Source: Octopus vulgaris
Lineage: Eukaryota
Direction of reading: 5' to 3'
Length of the DNA: 64,000 nucleotides
Assembly (NCBI GenBank): GCA_951406725.2
Contig: OX597835.1
Location: 28,520,001 to 28,584,000 of the forward strand
Shown here: one piece after another, positions 14,740 through 28,073 of the stretch
Layout: each line of letters opens with the position of its first letter
Numbering within the stretch: position 1 is the first letter of the stretch
The notes under the pieces: model-generated
The model's input: only the letters and a program-made list of their open reading frames with translations
The model's database searches: none
Told to the model about the DNA's origin: nothing
Position numbers and translations under genes: made by a program

Positions 14740-14780
14740 ACACATCGTTGACAAAATGGCGGACATTATCATTACCATTA
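14300..14780 (-). promoter_or_regulatory. Promoter-like region with possible non-coding first exon
   Basis: E-box cacgtg 14304, CRE tgacgtca 14311-14318, ETS acttccgg 14363-14370, YY1 caaaatggcgg 14752-14762; minus-strand donor gag|gtatgt at 14630/14629; CpG-rich. Confidence 0.5.
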
Positions 14781-14875
14781 GCAGCAGCAGCAACAACAAT
14801 AACAACAACATAATAAGCGTTATTAACAACAGCTAAAAACAACAGGAAACATACCAATAAAGAACAAACGTCGAA

Positions 14876-14922
<47 letters not shown>

Positions 14923-15494
14923 GAAACGAACAAATATATAATTAATGATGTGATTATTAATGACAAGGCCCTTGAGTGGAGGTGGGGTGGGGCAACAAGG
15001 GGTTGCTATGAACCGGGTGCAGGGCGGCCACACATAGAATGAAAGCCTGTCGACAGCCATTAACTGTCAAAGAATCGAAGCAGGGATTATCAAACCATAT
15101 GGGATTATTATTAGGATACACAAAAGGCGGTGAGCAGGCAGAAAATTTTGCCCGCCGGACAAAATGCTTAGCGGCATTTCGTCCGTCTTTACGTTCTGAT
15201 TTCAAATAACGCCGAGGTGGACTTGGTCTTTGGGAGTCAATGAAATAAGTTCCAGTTACGCAATTGACTTACCCATGAAATTGCTGGCCTTGGGCATATA
15301 TTTGAAGAGAATACGCAACACATCAAATAGCATTTATGCATAAATGTGGAAAAAACGCATGCATGCAAACGTACACACGCGATTGAGTAGACAGCACCTC
15401 CACCGTGCAAGTCATGGATGAGGAATACGAAAGTTGTGAGTTCGAACCTTACCCGAAGCACTGATATTTTGTCGCATATTTCACATATATATAT

Positions 15495-15739
15495 TCTTTT
15501 ATTCTTTTACTTGTTTTAGGAATTTGACTGCAGCCCTGCTGGAGCACCGCCTTTAGTCGAACAAATCGACCCCAAACATATTCTTTGTAAGCCTATTCTG
15601 TCGGTGTCTTTTGCTGAACCGCCATGTTACGATGACGTAAGCACACCAACATCGGTTGTCAAGCGATGGTGGGGAGACACAGATACACAAATACATACAT
15701 ACATGCATGCATACATACATACATACATACATACATACA

Positions 15740-15771
<32 letters not shown>

Positions 15772-15779
15772 CACACACA

Positions 15780-15825
<46 letters not shown>

Positions 15826-16118
15826 GAGCAAGTGTCTTCTGCTATAGTCTCGAGCCGACCAAAGCCTTGTGAGTAGATTTGGTACACGGAAACTGAAAGA
15901 AGTCCGTCGCATATATGGTTGTGTCTGTGTTTGTCTTCACACCATCGCTTGACAACCGTTGTTGGCGTGTTTATGTCCCCGTAACTTAGCGGTGCGGCAA
16001 CAGAGACCGATAGAATAAGATCTAGGCTTACAAAGAATAAGTCCTTGGGTCGATTTGTTCGACTAAAATGTGGTGCTCCTGCATAGCCGCAGCCAAATGA
16101 CTGAAACAAGTAAAAGAA
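15495..16118. mobile_element. Two SINE A fragments in opposite orientation (15495-15690 minus; 15821-16118 plus)
   Basis: Match to the SINE A 3' half and body. Confidence 0.8.
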
Positions 16119-16147
16119 TATATGTGTATGTGTATATATATATATAT

Positions 16148-16537
16148 AACTTATAATCAAGGGCAAAAGAAAAAAATTCTAATACCAAATATGCCGAAAA
16201 TAGACAAATTGTCAATAACCATATAATTTATCACTATAAACACGCGTCTCGATGTATGGCGACAGAAATTCCTTAACAATTCCGTTATGTCTTCTTCCAT
16301 GGGTATGAGTAAGTATTTCATTTATTTCTTATGTATTTATCGCTGACGAGGAGAAAATTCTTATGAATTAACTCTGAAATTGGGACCGAAACGATAATAA
16401 CGGAATTTCTAAGAAATTTCTGTCGGCTTACTTAGAGACGCGTGTTTATAGTGATAAATTATAGGGTTATTGACAATTTGTCTATATTCGACATATTTGG
16501 CATTAGAATTTTTTTCTTTTGCCCTTGTTCATAAGTT
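16148..16537. mobile_element. Inverted-repeat element (~140-nt arms) with a degenerate hammerhead-like core in the spacer
   Basis: aacttataatcaagggcaaaag... pairs with ...cttttgcccttgttcataagtt; ctgacgag...cgaaac at 16344-16392. Confidence 0.65.
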
Positions 16538-17354
16538 GTTTATGAATTTAACTTCTAAAGGTGTTTTTTAATATGCTGGCCATTGATAAAAAATTTTTCG
16601 AAAAGTTTTATCCTATATTAGATATATATGAGAAACAAGTTGAAAATAATGGTAATTACATATAATTCCTTAATTAGAACAAATAGACCAAACTTGGCTT
16701 ACAGCTGTTTCTAGTAGTCCTTATAAGTACATTATTAATAGGTTTAACCAATTGGTCTATTGATCTATTGAGGTAAATTGAATGACCTAAGAAAATTAAT
16801 GCTACTTTCGTCAGACACGTGTATGCTTGACGTAGTTCTCTGAGAGATTCAGCGTGACACAGAGTGTGACAAGGCTGGCCCTTTGAAATACAGGTACAAC
16901 AGCAACAGGAAGAAAGAGTGAGAGGAAGTTGTGGTGAAAGAGTACAACAGGGTTCGCCACCACCTCCTCTATGAAAAATATATGTATGTTAGGTGTGAAA
17001 AAAATAATCAGATCTTGTAAATTGCAAGTAAGAAATTGTAATTAAAACAGATTTATAAAAAATTCAAACCTCTCTGTGGTAATGTAAATAAAATAACCAA
17101 TAACAAAAGCAAACACTTAGTACACGTAAAGGAACTAATTTACTTAAAAAAAAAAAGGAAATAAAATTTACAGACCCCATAGCCTGAACTGAGATCTAAA
17201 GTGAAAGCTGATGATATATATATCTTTGAATGTAATATGTGACAAGTATTCGGTAGGCATGATAAAACTCCGAGTTTCGGAAGCCGGGGTGGAAATCCAC
17301 GCCGCCATCTCGTCAGTTATCCCGCCATCGGAAAAAATGCTATAAAAATGGCAG

Positions 17355-17415
17355 GATAACTGAAGAGATGGCGGCGTGGATTTCCACCCCGGCTTCCGAA
17401 ACTCGGAGTTTTATC
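17355..17415 (+). ncRNA. Type-I hammerhead ribozyme motif; inverted copy at ~17258-17318 (minus)
   Basis: gataa-CTGAAGA-(stem II with gtgga/tccac hairpin)-GAAAC-tcgga-GTT-ttatc; stem I gataa/ttatc. Confidence 0.7.
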
Positions 17416-17763
17416 ATGGCTACCGAATAATTGTTACATATTCACAGATAAATTCCTCTATTTCCATAAAATTGAGGTCTCTTTCATTATTTTGTTGTCT
17501 TACCAATTTTATCAATATATATTGCCTTCGAACGTGGAGTAGATGAAACAGGGACAACTGAAGAAGGGGAATATTCTTTATGTTGCATGTCTCGTTTCTC
17601 TGCGTTTTTCGTTGTTCGAAAAAAAGTTCGTTTCTATGTTTTTGTTTTTATGTTTTCGTTTCTCACTGTGTTCAACGTTATTTTGATGTCCTGTACCCAT
17701 ATATGCATGTATATATACATATATATATGTAGGTATGTGCACATATGTATGTATATATGCATA

Positions 17764-17801
<38 letters not shown>

Positions 17802-17936
17802 GGTCCCGGGTTGAGTCGGGGTTAACCACAGTAAATAAGGTACTCAATACATAGCAGAGTAAATTAATTTATTATATAGAAGGAGCTTCTACAGGACTAG
17901 AACTGTTTCATTCAAAAGAAATCATCAGGAAGCTCA

Positions 17937-17989
17937 GAGCTTCCTGATGATTTCTTTTGAATGAAACAGTTCTAGTCCTGTAGAAGCTC
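17937..17989 (+). ncRNA. Type-I hammerhead ribozyme motif; mirror copy 17883-17935 (minus) in a perfect 133-nt palindrome (17870-18002)
   Basis: gagcttc-CTGATGA-tttcttttgaat-GAAAC-ag ttctagtc ct-GTA-gaagctc; 7-bp stem I, real stem III; the closing pair of stem II is a U-U mismatch. Confidence 0.75.
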
Positions 17990-17993
17990 CTTC

Positions 17994-18024
<31 letters not shown>

Positions 18025-18036
18025 CTGTATATATGC

Positions 18037-18077
18037 AGTCTGACGATGTCTTACTAGGCCGAAACTTCGATGTCACT
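18037..18077 (+). ncRNA. Minimal hammerhead ribozyme motif
   Basis: agt-CTGACGA-tgtcttactaggcc-GAAAC-ttcgat-GTC-act. Confidence 0.55.
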
Positions 18078-18199
18078 ATCAACAACATTTTTGTATAACA
18101 ATAATAAATTTGTGCTCTAGAGAAACATAGAGTTGCCCATGAGATTAATGTAAAACTGTTTCTATTATAACTGAACATCAGAAAAAAAATCATTAATAT

Positions 18200-18600
18200 A
18201 GGAGTGGCTGTGTGGTAAGTAGCTTGCTTACCAACCACATGGTTCCGGGTTCAGTCCCACTGCGTGGCATCTTGGGCAAGTGTCTTCTGATATAGCCCCG
18301 GGCTGACCAAAGCCTTGTGAGTGGATTTGGTAGACGGAAACTGAAAGAAGCCCGTCGTATATATGTATATATATATATATGCATGTGTGTGTGTTTGTGT
18401 GTCTGTGTTTGTCCACCTAGCATTGCTTGACAACCGATGCTGCTGTGTTTACGTCCCCGTCACTTAGCGGTTCGGCAAAAGAGACCGATAGAATAAGTAC
18501 TGGGCTTACAAAGAATAAGTCCCGGGGTCGATTTGCTCGACTAAAGGCGGTGCTCCAGCATAGCTGCAGTCAAATGACTGAAACAAGTAAAAGAGTAAAA
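18200..18600 (+). mobile_element. SINE family A, full-length
   Basis: Consensus match. Confidence 0.9.
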
Positions 18601-18807
18601 GAGAGAGAGAGAGAGAGTATGTATGTGTGTGTGTGTGTGTGTGTGTGTATGAATATATAATGAGATATGCGTATGCACAAGTAAAGTGAGACATACATAG
18701 ACACATGCAGGTATGCATAAAGAAACCTCACTGTATACAAACACACACACATGCACATACAGATGTCTACATATCGCTCTCTCTCTATCTCCCCACCTCT
18801 CTCTCTG

Positions 18808-18881
<74 letters not shown>

Positions 18882-19266
18882 ATAAATGCGAAAACTAATT
18901 TCTGTGTGTCAGTGTGTCACACTTTGACCCAACCCCTCCCTCACTATTCAACGACACTTCTACTGTTGATGATGTTTTATTGAAAGTAGTAGTGCTGCTG
19001 GATGCAGTGGGAGTAATAACAAGAGAGAGAGAGGGAGGGAGGAGAGAGAGGGAGGGAGGAGAGAGAGGGAGGGACTGAACACTGAATTCATTTCCTTAGT
19101 ACCGCCACCACCATCGTCACCACATCTGCCATACACATAACATTAACACATCTAACGCCACCACCATCAATGCCTTTGACTTCGGTGCCTTCCCCTCGAC
19201 GGCCATCACCACTATCTTCCACATTGCTTACACTCACCGTCATCCCTGACCGACTCAGCTACCACT

Positions 19267-19297
<31 letters not shown>

Positions 19298-19339
19298 CCG
19301 CCGCCTCCACCTCTATCACATCTACAGCTCATACTATTA

Positions 19340-19567
19340 CCTATTTCTTTATTACCCACAAGGGGCTAAACACAGAGGGGACAAACATGGACAGACAAAC
19401 GGATTAAGTCGATTATATCAACTCCAGTACTTAACTGGTACTTAATTTATCGACCCCGAAAGGATGAAAGGCAAAGTCGACCTCGGCGGAATTTGAACTC
19501 ACAACGTAACGGCAGCCGAAATACCGCTAAGCATTTCGCCCGACGTGCTAACGATTCTGCCAGCTCA
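19340..19567 (-). mobile_element. SINE family B, full-length monomer
   Basis: Reverse complement of head gagctggcagaatcgttagc, the core, and tail gccccttgtgggtaataaaagaaatag. Confidence 0.9.
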
Positions 19568-19901
19568 TACTATTACCATCACCCCATTACCATGATAAAA
19601 TGGTTGAATGGTGTGTGTATGGAAGATGTGGTGGCGATAATGGTGGTACCGTTTTTTATCATGCAGTTTTGCAATAGGTTCCAAGTCGACAAATTATATT
19701 ATTTTGATGAAAATTGTTCATTGCTTGAAAAATATTGTTCAAGTTTAACAAAAATTTAATTTGTACTCTATGCATGAAGTGTCATTGTTAGGCCTAAGGC
19801 CTAACGTAGAGTCCTCCACAGGAGCTAGCTTAAAAGGCGCCCGATAGCGCTTAAGATATTTGAGGACAGATTTAGGTTTATAAAAAAAACAAATATAATA
19901 T

Positions 19902-20047
19902 AGGCGCAGGAGTGGCTGTGTGGTTGCGGGTTCAGTCCCACTGCGTGGCATCTTGGGCAAGTGTCTTCTGTTATAGCTCCGGGCCGACCAATGCCTTGTG
20001 AGTGGATTTGGTAGACGGAAACTGAAAAGAAACCCGTCGTATATATA

Positions 20048-20082
<35 letters not shown>

Positions 20083-20570
20083 GTAGTAGTAGTAGTAGTA
20101 GTAGCGAAGGTGGTGATAATAGTAGGAGGAGGAGGTGGAGCAGGAGGAGCTGAAGAAGAAGAAGAAGAAGAAGAAGAAGAAGAAGAAGAAGAAGAAGAAG
20201 AAGAAGAAGAAAAAGAAAAAGAAGAAGAAGAAAAAGAAGAAGAAGAAGAAGAAACAGAGAGCTTAATTAACGCAACTTAAGATCAAGTGACAACTTGAGA
20301 AAATATGTTTGTGGAGAGTTTGTCAGGAAATGAAGAATCTGTGGAATTTGGAATGAGACGTGTGTGTGTGTGTGTTTGTGTGTCTGTGTTTGTCTCCCTA
20401 GCATAGCTTGACAACCGATGCTGGTGTGTTTACGTCCCCGTCACTTAGCGGTTCGGCAAAACAGACCGATATAATAAGTACTGGGCTTACAAAGAATAAA
20501 TCCCATGCTGGAGTACTCATCTAAAGGCGGTACTCCAGCATGGCCGCAGTCAAATGTAGTAAAAGAATAA
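19902..20570 (+). mobile_element. SINE A 5' half (19902-20040) and 3' half (20370-20570) separated by microsatellites
   Basis: Consensus match in two pieces. Confidence 0.75.
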
Positions 20571-20599
20571 CTGATAATAACTTTATTTATCAATAAATG

Positions 20600-21300
20600 A
20601 TATGAGGATAAAAATAAACCTTCTTTTCTGTAATGTTATTCAATAAAGCCACCTTCTTCAATAACTGTTCCCTTACGAGATCTAAAACATCTACATTCAG
20701 GAATCAAGTGGTTCTGGTTCATTTTGGACATTACTCTGAATATGGCAGCTTTCAAAGAATTTTTGGTGCTATGGTCGTGTTCATTGACCTCTCTCTCAAC
20801 AACGCTCCACATGTAATAGTCCAATGGATTGAGATCTGGGGAATTAGGAGGCCAAATGTTAGGGATTATGTCATCGTGAAAATTTTCAACCTATGATACT
20901 AGAGCCATGTGTGATAGTGCAGAGTCTAACTGAAATACCTATGGCCTTCCATTGCATACACTGTCTATCCAGGGCTTAACAATTCTTTCTAGGACCTCAA
21001 TGTAGGCGGCAGGGTTAATTCTAAGGCTTTGTCGAAAGAAGTAAGGAGGTATCACATGATCTTCATTGCTGACAACCACTAAAAGCCAAACAGTTGCAGG
21101 ATATTTTGTATGCATAACACTTGACACTTCAGAAGTGTCTGCACATAACTATCTGTCATTTCTTCTGTTGACTTTTTGATCTTGGTCGAAGTTTTTCTCG
21201 TTTGAAAAAAACCAAATCAAATCTTCTTCAGTTTGTTTAAGAGCCTTTTAGATCTGATGTAATGGTTTCCTTTTGCTTTTTCTTACAAACTGACGTTTCC
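20600..21300 (-). mobile_element. Tc1/mariner-superfamily transposase relic
   Basis: PPNSPDLNPLDYYMWSVVE and HTKYPATVWLLVVVSNEDHVIPPYFF..YIEVLERIVKPWI; frameshifted. Confidence 0.85.
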
Positions 21301-21311
21301 TAATTATATAA

Positions 21312-21361
<50 letters not shown>

Positions 21362-21372
21362 GATTTTAATAA

Positions 21373-21515
21373 TAAGCAACAAGTTGCTTAATCCACATAC
21401 CGAAGATATTAGAAACAGCAGCCAATATTATTGGTTGCTCTCAAACCACGTGATTCAGTGTATTTTCGGCTGCTATTTCTAATATTTTCGGTATGTGGTT
21501 TAAGCAACTTGTTGC
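21373..21515. repeat. Short fold-back element; related half at 59540-59578
   Basis: gcaacaagttgcttaatccacataccgaagatattagaaacagcagcc pairs with ggctgctatttctaatattttcggtatgtggtttaagcaacttgttgc. Confidence 0.7.
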
Positions 21516-21643
21516 AAAAAACCCTTATTATTATAGTTATATAAAATTTTACCGAATATGGTCCTTTTCCATACCGAAATACTATCAGGTGAAATTTGTT
21601 GATTTTATTAAATTAATTATATTTCACCCTATATCTGTGTACG

Positions 21644-21846
<203 letters not shown>

Positions 21847-21858
21847 TATATATATATG

Positions 21859-22005
<147 letters not shown>

Positions 22006-23022
22006 TATATATTATATATTATACGCTGATTTCATAAACGGTGAAAGTGGAAATTTTAAATAATAGGAGTGGCTAATTGGCAATTCTACAACACTAAAAG
22101 CGGAAATTTATACGTCACTAACGTGACAAAGTACTGCACCAGTGATGGGCTGGTTCTAATTCTTAGCTGAGTACACGGAAACAAGGAATGAAGTACCTTA
22201 TTATTTTTTTTTTTCATCTCTTTGTTTCAGTCATCGAACTGTGGCCAAACTGCAGCACCGCAGATTGACCCCAATGCTTTTTTTTTTTTTAAAGTCCGGC
22301 ATTTATTCTATCGGACTCTTTCAACGAACCAATCCTTTACGGGAACGTAAACAAACCAACGCCGGTTGTTAAGACGTGGTTAGGGACAAACATAATGTCA
22401 CGTACACATAGATATATACACATATAAGTATATGGGAAGCTTCTTTCAGTTTCCGTCCACCAAATTCATTCCCGAGGTCATAGTAGAATACACTTTCCCA
22501 AGTTGCCATGCTGCGTGACACTAAAGACTTCTTACCTCACAGCCATACCTCAAAGAAGTAACTCAACCCCATTCCTAGGAATCGAACTCACGGACTTTAT
22601 TTCGCGCAGTGGATATCCTAATCACTGAATCACGTGGTTTTACTGCAACCAATAGCACTTGATTGCACTAATGAAATATCGTACAAATATAGGTTACCTC
22701 CCTTGAAATACTTACCTCTACGTGCGAGCAGGTTACGGGAGGTAACTCCCGTTTAATTACGTATTAAATGAAAAATTTGGCATTCGGAAAGACAGTTTGG
22801 TATATCAAGGCAGTGAATTGGCCGGACAATATGCTTAGGGGCATTTTGTCCGTCTTTACGTTCTGAGTTTAAGTTTCACCGTGGTTAACTTTGCCTTTGA
22901 TCGTTCTGGGGTCGACAAAAGAGAAAATCGTTGAGCACTTATTGTCGATATAATCGACTTATACCTTGTCCCGAAATTGTTGGTTTTCTGCTAACTTTGA
23001 AAACAATACTTATAATGCGATA

Positions 23023-23545
23023 ACACGCACGCACACACTCATGCACACACATACACACAAACACACACACATGCACACACACACGCCGTCTCACACACAC
23101 ACACGCCGGCTCACACAAATACACACACACGCAGACACGCACACACACATGCACACACGCGCGTGCACACACGCACACGCCGGCTCACACATACACACAC
23201 GCACACACGCACACACACACTCACGCCGTCTCACACACACACACGCCGGCTCACACACATACACACACGCACACACACATGCACACACACACACACACGC
23301 CGGCTCACACACATACACACACGCACACACACATGCACACACACATGCACACACACACACGCCGTCTCACACACACACACGCCGGCTCACACACATACAC
23401 ACACGCACACACACATGCACACACACACACGCCGGCTCACACACATACACACACGCACACACACACGCACACACGCGCGTGCACACACACACGCACACGC
23501 ATGCACACACACACACACACACACGCACGCACGTACACACGTGCA
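23023..23545. repeat. (CA)n-derived minisatellite with recurring cgccggct/cgccgtct interruptions
   Basis: Repeated cacacgccggctcacacacatacacacacg units. Confidence 0.9.
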
Positions 23546-23704
23546 TATTAATTTAACTTGTGTAATATATCGGTCATGTACGCGGTCGATGGTCAAGGTT
23601 TCTCGCCTTATTTTGGGTGTGCATTTTTTTGTGTATACTTTCGCTCGTGTATACGCAGTCACATTGAATCAACACGCACTGATATATATATAAGAGAAAC
23701 TGTG

Positions 23705-25992
23705 TGCCTACTGAAAGTAGGTGGAATTATATCAGGGAAACATCAATAGGTACTTTCGGCATGAGTGAAAGGCAAAACCCAGATTGGTTCAGTGCTGGGC
23801 TCTCAGAGCTGGAACCAGTTATCGAAGCAAAGCGCGCAGCTCTGATGCAATACAAGAGAGATTCTTCTACCAAGTCACTCGAAGAACTCAGAAAGGGAAG
23901 AAATTAAACCCAACTGACTGCCAGACGCTGTGCAAATAAGTATTGGCAGGAAATCTGTCAGAGTATCCAGTCAGCTGCTAACAGTGTCGTCACCCGTGGG
24001 ATGTATGCTAGTTTGAAGAAAGCCCTCGGTTCATCCGCAACCACGTCAGCCCCTCTGAAATCAACTACTGGAGATCTCATCAAGGACCAAAGCAAGCAAA
24101 TGGATAGATGGGTGGAGTGCTACCAGGATCTCTACTCACGGGAGACCACAGTAGCTGAGGCTGCAATCGAGGGTGTCAAGATCTTGCCAGCTATGTGCGA
24201 ACTTGACAGTCTGCCGTCTATAGCAGAGCTCACCAATGCTATTGACTCTCTAGCTATTGGCAAGACTCCGGGAAAAGATAGCATCCCCTCAGAGATCATC
24301 AAAGCCGGAAAAAACACCGCCCTGCTTCGGCACCTTCATGAGCTTCTGTTTCAGTGCTGGGAAGAGGGTACAGTCCCTCAGAATATGCGGGATGCTAATA
24401 TCATTACGCTTTACAAAACAAAGGTGACCATGGTGATTGTAACAATTACCGTGGAATATCTCTTCTAAGCACTGTTGGAAAGGCCTCTTCTTGCATTATC
24501 CTGTCCAGGCTGCAACTGCTTGCTTCTCGAATTTATCCAGAATCGCAGTGTGGCTTTAGAAGAAGCAAATCAACTATTTGACATGATATTCTCCATACGC
24601 CAACTTCAAGAGAAGTCCAGAGAGCAGAAAATGCCATTATATATAGCCTTCATTGATCTGACGAAGTAAGTAGTAAAGGCCTCTTCATCCTGCTCCAAAA
24701 ACTCAGATGTCCACCAAAGCTGCTGAGGATCATCAAATCTTACCATGATGATATGCAAGGCACCATACAGCAAAATGGTTCAATACCAGCCGCCTTCCAA
24801 ATAAAAAAAAAACGGGGTAAAGCAATGTTGTGTCCTTGCTCCAACATAATTTGGCATCTTCTCACTGCTGCTGTCACATGCCTTTGAGACATCAGATGAT
24901 GGAGTGTTTTTGCATAGTAGAAGTGACGGAAAACTGTTCAATCTCTCGTGTCTGTGTGCCAATACCAAAATCAGAAGCGTCCTGATTAAGGAGATGCTCT
25001 TTGATGATGATGCCGCTCTGGTATCACGCACAGAAGCCCTGCAAAAGCTCATCAGCTACTTTGAGGAAGAATGTAGCGACTGTGGCTTAGTTTTCAGCCT
25101 CAAGAAGACCAACATGGGTCAGGCTACATCGGACATCCAAAATATACATATTGGAGACCACAGACTACAGGAGGTGGAGAAGATTACCTATCTTGGCTCT
25201 ACCGTCACCTACAACCTATCCCTTGATGCTGAGTTCAATATACGCATTGGCAAGGCAGCTGCTGTGATGGCCCAACTCTCCAAACAGGCATGGGACAATA
25301 ATAAGCTGAGCAAGACCACAAAAATGAAAATTTACCAGGCATGTGTACTTATAACTCTACTGTATGGCAGGGAGACCTGGATGCCATACACACCCCAAGA
25401 GCGTCGCCTAAATATCTTTCACCTGCGCTGCCTCCGGAAAATACTTGGCATCAAATGGCAGAATCGTGTCTCCAATAAAGATGTCCTCAAGCAAGCAGGA
25501 ATACCAAGCATGTTTGTACTCCTCACACAAAGACGTATGAGATGGCTTGGACATGTTAGCAGTATGGAAGATGGCAGAATCCCCAAGGACATACTGAACG
25601 GAGAGCTTGCTAGAGGCACTAGGTCTATGGGAAGACCGTTCTTACGATACGAGGATGTTTGCAAAAGTGACATGAAGGTCTGCGACATCAATATTAGCAA
25701 CTGGGAAGCTGTTGTCAGCAACCGTGGAGATTGGCGACGTACCGTAGAAGAGGGAACACAAAGGAGTGACGGAGGGAGAGAGGAGAAATGGAAAGACAAG
25801 AAAAGACGTCAACAAGAAACTATGACATTACAACCAGCCAGGCAAAGTCTTCGCTACATTTGCGGCACCTGCCAGAGGGAGTGTTTGTCCAGGGTAGGAC
25901 TACACATCCACAGCAGGAGATGTATTAGGACATGAAATGTAAAAATCGGACTAGGTTATTTTATGCGCAACTCCATTGTCTCCAGAGACAAC
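23705..25992 (+). mobile_element. RTE-clade LINE (BovB-like), 5'-truncated, with disrupted RT ORF
   Basis: GKTPGKDSIPSE, DANIITLYK, YIAFIDLTK, MLFDDDAAL (FADD variant), YLGS, LLYGRETW, RWLGHV, C-terminal CxxC..H..C knuckle; stops and frameshifts. Confidence 0.95.
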
Positions 25993-25995
25993 AAC

Positions 25996-26044
<49 letters not shown>

Positions 26045-26790
26045 CAGAGGTTGAACAAAATAATAGAAACACCTTAAAATTTCAAATAAATTTATTTTAA
26101 TATGGGGTAGAACCGCCTTTAGCAGTAATTACAGCTTGAATTCTACGAGGTATGGACTCGTACAAAGTTTGAATTATTTCCAAAAGAACTTTTGTCCATT
26201 CTTCAGCTAAATCAGTCTCCAGTTCTTGTAGTGACGGTGGTGGAGGATATCGACTCCTACTTGTTTTTCTAAAATGCACCATAAATGTTCAATAATATTG
26301 AGCTCTGAGGACTGTGGTGGCCAGATAAGATGTTCAACTTCGATAGAATGTTCCTCGTGCCATTCAGTAACAACTTTAGCTGTGTGAATTGGTGCATTAT
26401 CATCCTGAAAGATTGCGTTTCCCTCCGGAAACAGTTCCACAACCATAGGATAAATTTGATCAGATAAAATGCTTAAATAGTCTTGACTGTTAATTCTGCC
26501 ATGAAGGAAAACCATTGGGCCGGCGGATTTCCAAGATTTAACCCCCCACCTCACCCCCACCAGATCATCAAAGATCCTCCTCCATGATTAACAGTTGTAA
26601 GAAGACAGTCTGGGTCACATGCTTCTTTTGACTGTCTTCACACGTATACTCGCCCGGTGGTCAGAAATAAGGTAAAGGATGACTGTCCGAGATAATATTC
26701 TTCCACTGCTCTAGGGACCAATTCTGTAAGTTTTTACTCCACTCTAAAAGTATATTGGATAGATACCATTCCTTTTGTGGCTTACCAACC
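26045..26790 (-). mobile_element. Tc1-like transposon, 3' half
   Basis: TIR cagaggttgaacaaaataatagaaacacc after TA; FQDDNAPIHTAK..WPPQSSELNIIEHLW..SIPRRIQAVITAKGGSTPY. Confidence 0.9.
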
Positions 26791-26804
26791 TCTAACTCTC
26801 ACGG

Positions 26805-26834
<30 letters not shown>

Positions 26835-26838
<4 letters not shown>

Positions 26839-28073
26839 ATAGCTTCCGCTACCTAGGTGACCAAGTCAGTAGCGGGGGTGGGTGTGCTGAAAGTGTAACT
26901 GCTAGAGTAAGAATAGCCTGGGCAAAGTTTAGAGAGCTCTTACCCCTGCTGGTGACAAAAGCCTCTCGCTCAGAGTAAAAGGCAGACTGTATGATGCATG
27001 TGTACGTACAGCCATGCTACATGGTAGTGAAACATGGGCTGTGACTGCTGAGGATATGCGTAAGCTCGCAAGAAATGAAGCCAGTATGCTCCGATGGATG
27101 TGTAATGTCTGTGTTCATAATCGACAGAGTGTAAGTACCTTGAGAGAAAAGTTGAACCTAAGAAGCATCAGTTGTGGTGTGCAAGAGAGACGTCTGTGCT
27201 GGTATGGGCATGTGACGAGAATGGGTGAAGATAGTTGTGTGCAAAAGTGCCACACTCTAGCAGTTGAGGGAACCTGTGGAAGAGGTAGATCCAGGAAAAC
27301 CTGGGACGAGGTGGTGAAGCACGACCTTCGAACTTTAGGTCTCACCAAGGAAATGACTAGAGACCGAGACCTATGGAAGTATGTTGTGCGTGAGAAGACC
27401 CGGCAAGACCAGTGAGAACAGTCAAAATCAAACCAAATCAACATCAGTGGAAATTGCAGCTGTGGTTAAGCGAACCATCCGATCGTTTGTCCGTTGCCAG
27501 CCTCGCCTGGCCCCCGTGCCATTGGCACGTAAAAGCACCATCCGCTCGTGTCCGTTGCCAGCCTCGCCTGGCCCCCGTGCTGTTGGCACGTAAAAGCACC
27601 ATCCGCTCGTGTCCGTTGCCAGCCTTTCCCGGCCCCCGTGCCGGTAGCACGTAAAAGCACCACCCATTCGTGTCCGTTGCCAGCCTCGCCTGGCCCCCGT
27701 ACCGTTGGTACGTAAAAGCACCATCCACCATCCACTCGTGTCCGTTGCCAGCCTCGCCTCGCCCCCGTGCCGGTAGCACGTAAAAGCACCATCCGTTCGT
27801 GTCCGTTGCCAGCCTCGCCTGGCCCCCGTGCCGGTGGCACGTAAAAACACCATCAGTTCGTGGCCGTTTGCCAGCTCTGTCTGGCACCAGTGCAGGTGGC
27901 ACGTAAAAAGCACCCACTACACTCACGGAGTGGTTGGCGTTAGGAAGGGCATCCAGCCGTAGAAACACTGCCAAATCTGACTGGGCCTCATGAAGCCTTC
28001 CAGCTTCACAGACCCCAGTTAAACCGTCCAACCCATGTTAGCATGGAAAACGGACGCTAAATGATGATGATGA

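Noticed and set aside
24904-25935. 343-aa RT-like ORF as an active gene
   Set aside because: Part of a frameshifted RTE copy with stops and an altered catalytic motif
27470-27915. CRISPR-like array
   Set aside because: Whole units repeat with no unique spacers; eukaryotic context; no cas genes
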